A stretch of DNA of 64,000 nt from positions 28,148,001-28,212,000 of the forward strand of contig OX597833.1 in assembly GCA_951406725.2 (NCBI GenBank), in the 5' to 3' direction. Below, piece by piece: positions 26,989 through 35,134 of the stretch (position 1 is its first letter; every line of letters begins with the position of its first letter). A program made the position numbers and the translations under genes. The notes below the pieces were generated by a model. It ran no database searches and was not told the DNA's origin. It was given only the letters and a program-made list of their open reading frames with translations. The DNA is from Octopus vulgaris (Eukaryota).

Positions 26989-29267
26989 CAAGATAAGAAA
27001 ATGGAGATATACATCTAAATCAAATATCAATTACCAGATAATACTCAATCACATACTTTATTAAACCACCACATAAGAGACTGTAGGGTTAAACATAAAA
27101 AAGCAGAGCAAATCAGTGTACATAAAGGAATGTACATGAAAAAGTGTACATAAAAGAGTAATGTTGTATAATAAGTAGAATATATATAAAAAAGAGAATA
27201 TAAATATAAGTAAATATAAATATAAGTATAGATTACATCTTACAGCTGTTTCGGCCATGTAGATAAGTATGTCTCATTTTACCAATATTAACCTTATATG
27301 GTAGGTCAATATATAGATATAAATGAGACATTTACAAACATATCATAAGGCCTCTTCGGAGATATACATATACATATGAGTGCATATACTCACACTCCTA
27401 TACATATAAAAATATACATATACATAATGATGTAAATAAATAATATAAATTAGTAAACATATATATGTTCCACATTCAATGTTTCAGTTTTCAACTTAAT
27501 ATTGTGATAATAATGTGTATGTTTATTATTTACTTATATTTACTTATATTTATATTCTCTTTTTTATATATATTCTACTTATTATACAACATTACTCTTT
27601 TATGTACTTTCCTTTATGTACACTGATTTGTTCTGCTTTTTTATGTTTAACCCTACAGTCTCTTATGTGGTGGTTTAATAAAGTATGTGATTGAGTATTA
27701 TCTGGTAATTGATATTTGATTTAGATGTATTTCTCCATTTTCTTATCTTATATTAGTAATTTGTGGTAAATCATTTTACCTTTGCCCATATAATACAGTA
27801 AATGAATTGATTGTATCGCAATCCCTAACATTTATGTATTAACTTTGTTGGGTACTTCACTAGCAGTATATTGGATATATGTTATCCCATGGAGGGTTGC
27901 ATTTACAACCCCCATCCCAATTTGTATATATATCCGAAGACCCACCATCCGAAGACCCGGCGACGTAGTCAGTCCACCTGTGCATACCTTCCTACTTATG
28001 ACACTTGTGAAGACCTATTGAGGCAAGTGAAAATCAAAATCAAATCAAATCAAATCAAACCAAATCAAAATAGATGAACATCAATGGAATTTGTATCTTT
28101 GTGGTACCAGTACCGGTGGCACACAAGAAAACCATCCGAACGTGGCCGTAGCCAGTACCGCATCGACTGGCCTCTGTGATGTGGGCACATAACAAAGACC
28201 ATCCGATCGTGGCCGTCCGCCAGCCTCATCTGGCACCTGTGTCGGTGGCACATAAAAACACCAACCGAAGACCCGGCAAGACTAGTCAGGCCATAACCCA
28301 TGGCCCCTACTTGGGACGTAGTCAGTCCACCTGTGCATACCTTCCTTCCTTCTTGTGACACTTGTGAAGACCTGTTGAGGCAAGTGAAAATCAAATCAAA
28401 TCAAATCAAAATAGATGAACATCAATGGAATTTGTATCTTGTGGTACCAGTGCCAGTGGCACACAAGAAAACCATCCGAACGTGGCCGTAGCCAGTACCG
28501 CATCGACTGGCCTCCGTGCTGTGGGCACGCAACAAACACCATCCGATCGTGGCCGTTCGCCAGCCTCATCTGGCACCTGTGTCGGTGGCACATAAAAACA
28601 CCATCCGAAGACCCGGCAAGACTAGTCAGGCCATAACCCGTGGCCCCTACCTGGGACATAGTCAGTCCACCTGTGCATACCTTCCTTCTTGTGACACTTG
28701 TGAAGACCTGTTGAGGCAAGTTAAAATCAAAATCAAATCAAATCAAAACAAATCAAAATAGATGAACATCAATGGAATTTGTATCTTTGTGGACCAGTGC
28801 CGGTGGCACACAAGAAAATCATCCGAACGTGGCCGTAGCCAGTACCGCATAGACTGGCCTCCGTGCTTTGGGGACGTAACAAACACCATCCGATCGTGGC
28901 CGTCCGCCAGCCTCATCTGGCACCTGTGTCGGTGGCACATAAAAACACCATCCGAGCGTGGCCGTCTGCCAGCCTCGTCTGGCACCTGTGTCGGTGGCAC
29001 ATAAAAACACCATCCGAGCGTGGCCGTTCGCCAGCCTCGTCTGGCACCTGTGTCGGTGGCACATAAAATCACCCACTACACTCTCGGAGTGGTTGGCGTT
29101 AGGAAGGGCATCCAGCTGTAGAAACACTGCCAGATCTGACTGGCCTGGTGCAGCCTTCGGGCTCCCCAGACCCCAGTTGAACCGTCCAACCCATGCTAGC
29201 ATGGAAAATGGACGCTAAATGATGATGATGATGATGATGATATATATATATATATATAAATACATAC

Positions 29268-29299
<32 letters not shown>

Positions 29300-31657
29300 G
29301 AATAAATGAAAGAATGGAGTCAAACGAAGATGTTAACAAAATTCCTTTACTCTCGACATATGTTTCGAAGACCACATGGTTTCATTCCAAAGGAATAAAG
29401 GGTGTATGATGCAATCTTCTCATCAGGAAAGAAAGGGAGCCTCTCTCGGCAACAAGACAAACAAAAATTTCGATGACTGCCTACATGGTAAACAAAATGA
29501 CAATAAGTGATTTTTTTTAAAAACCGTTAGAAGAATTGACGTCAAAGTTAGATAGTAGGAAGAGAAGGGTTAAAGGAATGATAGGTAGGGAACCAGTGGA
29601 AAGGGAAGGGTATGTTGATTAAGAATGTTCAAAGGCTTAGGAAAGAATTTCACTATTGATGTGGTGTGTATGTTAAGCTAATTGTTCAAAGCACGATGCC
29701 TATCGTAATCATTTGTAAGAGTAAAAAGTATGTTTCTGCCAGTACTTACATTTATAGGATTTCTCTGTGAGTGTGTTTACAAGGGGAACCTTAGAGAAGA
29801 GGATATGGAAGAGCTCAGAGTTGCACATGTTACAAAATCTCCTGCCCTTATCAAAAGGAAAGGATACAGACAGTATGAACCAATCTAACTTGAAATCTAT
29901 ATTATTGTCTTTAAGACGCCAAACTAATTTATTTAGCCCTGTACTATGTCGTTTTTTACTATCCCTGAATGTTGAATAGTGGTTTGAAATTCTCATGGAT
30001 AACTGGGAAGAGGACGCTCCTATATAGAAGAAGACATCGGTACCAGAGGAGATTCTACACTGGTAAATAGAATTCTCGATCTTAGAATTACTAGACAAAA
30101 ATCTAATTCTGTTGGGGTTGTCCTCCGAGATCGAAACGAATTGCTATGATTGTTGTTACTATTATTATTAGCACTAGCAGCTCCACTATTCGTATTATTG
30201 TTAGTATTATTAATGGTAATACAATCATTAATTTCTCCGTTATTGTTATCACTATCAACATTACCATTGTTATTAACACGACTGATACTATTATTAATAT
30301 TATCATTGTTAACAATATCGCTACTATCATTGCTATTACTATTAATACCATATTTTATTCCATAATGGCTACCTCTGAAGAGCACAGAGTTACATAATCA
30401 TACTGTTACCTAAAACTCCATTGAACCCCTAGTGCGAAACTGATTGGTAAGATCGATCATAATGGATTTATAATAATGTGCACTTCAATTAATACATTCA
30501 CTCTATTGACATAAATGAGTGCATTTTTTCCTGACTTATGCACTCTTCAATGGCTTACACACACATATTTTGACAGGATCCAATGTGTCCAAGAACTGCA
30601 TCATGCTCCTCAGCAGACACTGAAGCACTCCTTGGACTCACTGGATCCTGTCGAATCATCCAACACAAGCCACCAGGGAACATGGATGTTAAATCATGAT
30701 GATGGTGACGATGATGATGATGATAATGAAACTCATCATCAACACTTTCTGCTTTTGCTTCTAGCTTTTTTTCATCTTCAACTATTGCACATGTCTTTTT
30801 GAGCAAGACGGTGCAGATACTTCTTTTTTCGTGTGAGTTGAGTGACATGAATTAAAGTTTAAATACTGATGTGTATATCAGTGTTTTTATAGAATAAATG
30901 AATAAACTCAAGCAAGAATCTATTAGAATTTGCTTTTCTGTGTTCTGACATTCAGTATCTTACAGCAGTGAGACCTAAATCATGAGATATGTTTCTGTAA
31001 TGGCTAGTTACATCAAGACTTACAACATGAACATTTATATTTGTAGGAGTTGGAAGATGCAACAAAAAAATAAATGTGGTCACAGATGTAACTTAGTATA
31101 GAGAAACAGTGATTTCAAAATAATGTTGATGAAATTACTTAGACAATGAGTGTGATATCAATGGCTAGCTATTATAGGTCTTAGTTTCAGATCTAGTTGA
31201 GCTTCTTTATTGATATATTCAGTCTTTTGTTCTCTCACTTCATCTTTAATTTGAGTATTTTGGGGATTTCATTAAAGTTGCATATTTTCTTTTAAAACTC
31301 CCATCAAATAATGGAATTTTAATCTGTTGCTGTAAATGGATGTTTCACAACAGATTCTTGCTGCCATATTAAAGATGACCTATGGTGCTCAGAATTTTAG
31401 AATAAAATATATGATTCCTTAATTGTTGTTCTGTGAGACTCTTGTAAAATTCCACACTTAGTTTTGCAATTGTTACTCCTTTATCTGCCTGCTTAATAAT
31501 ACTTATCCAATCTTCCAATAGCTTTCTTAAGGTCAACTATTCACATTTAGTTAAATTTTGTTTTGCAATTTTGGAAGTCAGAAAGAAATTTAAAACTGCT
31601 AGTATGGCATATTTCTTCCACTGGGGATATGAAATTTCATTTGTTCCAAACTAAGGA

Positions 31658-31722
<65 letters not shown>

Positions 31723-34700
31723 TATTTTTGTTGGCAAAATCTTTGTCTTCTGCTAATTCAAGATGGCTGACTGAGGATGTAGGTTTGAAGTTCAGTCCAA
31801 AAATGTGATTACTGATCTCTTTTGTACTTTTGTCCCAAGTCTTGCCAACACCAAAAAGTATCTGCAAAATGATAATGTGAATGATGCATGTACATGTATA
31901 TTTCTGTGCATGTATGTGTGTGAGTGTATCCCATTCAGTATCTATGCAGCTGTGTTTATGTGACAGTGCATTTGTCATATTTATGTACCCCTATATCTGC
32001 TTCCAAGGCTGTCCACACCCCAAACCCCTATTATCCATTATGTTCAGCATCATCGTCATCCATTTCTTGAATATTTCAGAAAAGAATTCTTTTATAACAA
32101 GTCTTGACATTAGCTGGAACATGCTCGGCAAGAAGGGAGCAAAATCCATAAGTAGAGGACTGCAGGTAAGTGAAGACATGACACTGTGAGGTATATATAT
32201 ATATATATCATCATCATCGTTTAATGTTCGCTTTCCATGCTGTCATGGGTTGGACGGTTTGACTGGAGACTGGTGAGCCAGATGACTGCACCAGGCTCCA
32301 ATTTGATCTAGCAGAGTTTCTACAGCTGGATGCCCTTCCTAATGCCAACCACTCCGAGAGTGTAGTAGGTGCTTTTACATGCCACTGGCACGAGGGCCAG
32401 TCAGGTGGTGGTGTTTTTACGTGTCACCTGCACAGGAGTCAGTCCAGTGGCACTGGCAATGCCCTCACTCGAATGTTGTTTTTCATGTACCACCAGCACA
32501 AGTGCCAGTAAGGTGACGCTGGTAACAATCACACTCAAATGGTGCTTTTTATGTGCCACCAGCACGGGGTGCCAGTCAGCGGCCCTGGCAACGATCATGC
32601 TCGGACTGCTATTAACACTCCACTAGCACAGATGCCAGTCATGCGGTGCTGTCGTCGAATTTGATTTTGATTTCACTTCCCTCAACAGGTCTTCACAAGC
32701 AGAGTTTTGTGTCCAATGAAAGAAAGGTACACCTAAGTGGGTTGGTTACACCACTAGCATTGGCCACGAGACATGGTCTCACTTGGCTTGCCAGGTTTTC
32801 TCAAGCACAGCATATTTCCAAAGGTCTCGATCACTAGTCATTGCTTCAGTGAGGCCCAATGTTTGAAGGTCATGCTTCACCACCTCATCCCAGGTCTTCC
32901 TGGGTCTACTTCTTCCACAGTTTCCCTCAACCACTAGGGTGTGACACTTTTTCACACAGCTATCCTCATCCATTCGCACCACATGACCATACCAGTGCAG
33001 TCGTCTCTCTTGCACACCACATCTGATGCTTCTTAGGTCCAACTTTTCTCTCATGGTACTTACACTCTGTCGAGTATGCACACTGACATTATACATCCAG
33101 CGGAACATACTGGCTTCATTCTTTGCAAGCTTACACATGTCCTCAGAAGTCATGGCCCATGTTTCACTGCCATGTAGCATGGCTGTTCATACACATGTGT
33201 CATACAGTCTACCTTTTACTCTGAGTGAGAGGTCCTTTGTCAACAGCAGAGGTAAGAACTCTCTGAACTTTGCCCAGGCTATTCTTATTCTAGCAGCTAC
33301 ACTTTCAGAGTGCCCACCCCCGCTACTGACTTGGTCATATATATATATATATATATATCAGCCTCGTCTGGCACCCGTGCCGGTGATACGTAAAAGCACC
33401 ATTCGCTCATGGCCGTTTGCCAGCTCTGCCTGGCCCCGTGTCGGTGTCACGTAAAAGCACCATCCGTTCGTGTTCGTTGCCAGCCTCGCCTGGCCCCGTG
33501 CTGGTGACACGTAAAAGCACCGTCCATTCGTGGCCGTTGGCCAGCTCTGTCTGGCCCCGTGTCGGTGGCACGTAAAAGCACCATCCGTTCGTGGCCGTTT
33601 GCCAGCTCTGTCTGGCCCTGTGTTGGTGGCACGTAAAAGCACCATCCGTCCGTGTCCGTTGCCAGCCTCGGCTGGCCCCTGTGCCGGTGACACGTAAAAG
33701 CACCATCCGCTCGTGGCCGTTTGCCAGCTCTGTCTGGCAACCGTGTCGGTGGCACGTAGAAGCACCATCTGTTCGCGTCCGTTGCCAGCCTCGGCTGGCC
33801 CCCGTGCCGGTGACACGTAAAAGCACCATCCGTTCGTGGCCGTTTGCCAGCTCTGTCTGGCCCCGTGTCGGTGGCACGTAAAAGCACCATCCGTCCGTGT
33901 CCGTTGCCAGCCTCGGCTGGCCCCCGTGCCGGTGACACGTAAAAGCACCGTTCGCTCGTGGCCGTTTGCCGGCTCTGTCTGGCAACCGTGTCGGTGGCAC
34001 GTAAAAGCACCATCCGTTCGCGTCCGTTGCCAGCCTCGGCTGGCCCCCATGCCGGTGACACGTAAAAGCACCGTCCGTTCATGGCCGGTTGCCAGCTCTG
34101 TCTGGCCCCGTGTCGGTGGCACGTAAAAGCACCATCCGTTCGTGTCCGTTGCCAGCAGCGCCGGGCCCCATGCCGGTGACACGTAAAAGCACCATCCGTT
34201 CGTGGCCGTTCGCCAGCTCTGTCTGGCACCTGTGCAGGTGGCATGTAAAAAACACCCACTACACTCGCGGAGTGGTTGGCGTTAGGAAGGGCATCCAGCC
34301 GTAGAAACACTGCCAGATCTGACTGGGCCTGACGAAGCCTTCCAGCTTCACAGACCCCAGTTGACCCGTCCAACCCATGCTAGCATGGAAAACGGACGCT
34401 AAACGATGATGATGATGATGATGATGATCAATGGAATTTGTATCTTTGTGGTACCAGTGCCGGTGGCACACGAGAAAACCATCCGAACGTGGCCGTAGCC
34501 AGTGCCGCACCGACTGGCCTCCATACTGTGGGCACGTAACAATTACCATCCGATCGTGGCCGATCGCCAGCCTCATCTGGCTCCTGTGTCGGTGGCACAT
34601 AAAAAACACCATCCGAGCGTGGTCGTCTGCTAGCTTTGTCTGGCACCTGTGTCAGTGGCACATAAGAAAACCATCCGAGCATGGCCGTTCGCCAGTCTCG

Positions 34701-34963
34701 TCTGACACCTGTGTCAGTGGCACATAAAAACACCATCCGAGCGTGGCCGTTCGCCAGCCTCGTCTGGCACCTGTGTTGGTGGCACATAAAATCACCCACT
34801 ACACTCTCGGAGTGGTTGGCGTTAGGAAGGGCATCCAGCTGTAGAAACACTGCCAGATCTGACTGGCCTGGTGCAGCCTTCGGGCTCCCCAGACCCCAGT
34901 TGAACCGTCCAACCCATGCTAGCATGGAAAGCGGACGTTAAATGACGATGATGATGATGATGA

Positions 34964-35007
<44 letters not shown>

Positions 35008-35082
35008 TTTATAATATACATACATACACAAAGAATATAAAACATAAAAAATATATTAAAAGGAATGAAAAATAAATTAAAA

Positions 35083-35134
<52 letters not shown>

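Larger units (their letters stand above)
29300..30460 (-). mobile_element. 5'-truncated Penelope-like element (GIY-YIG endonuclease and pseudo-LTR)
   Basis: ORF 29709-30098 contains SIYQC...FYIGASS...RISNHYSTF...CNMCNSE. Asn-rich linker upstream; hammerhead motifs at both ends. Confidence 0.85.

Noticed and set aside
32085-32165. Alternative AAG acceptor that would join exon 19406 directly in phase 0
   Set aside because: Exon 21463-21544 supplies the missing repeat and matches the stronger CAG acceptor at 32079.
33358-34373. Long 197-308 aa ORFs in several frames
   Set aside because: A by-product of a stop-poor GC-rich 61-bp tandem repeat in a LINE 3' UTR.
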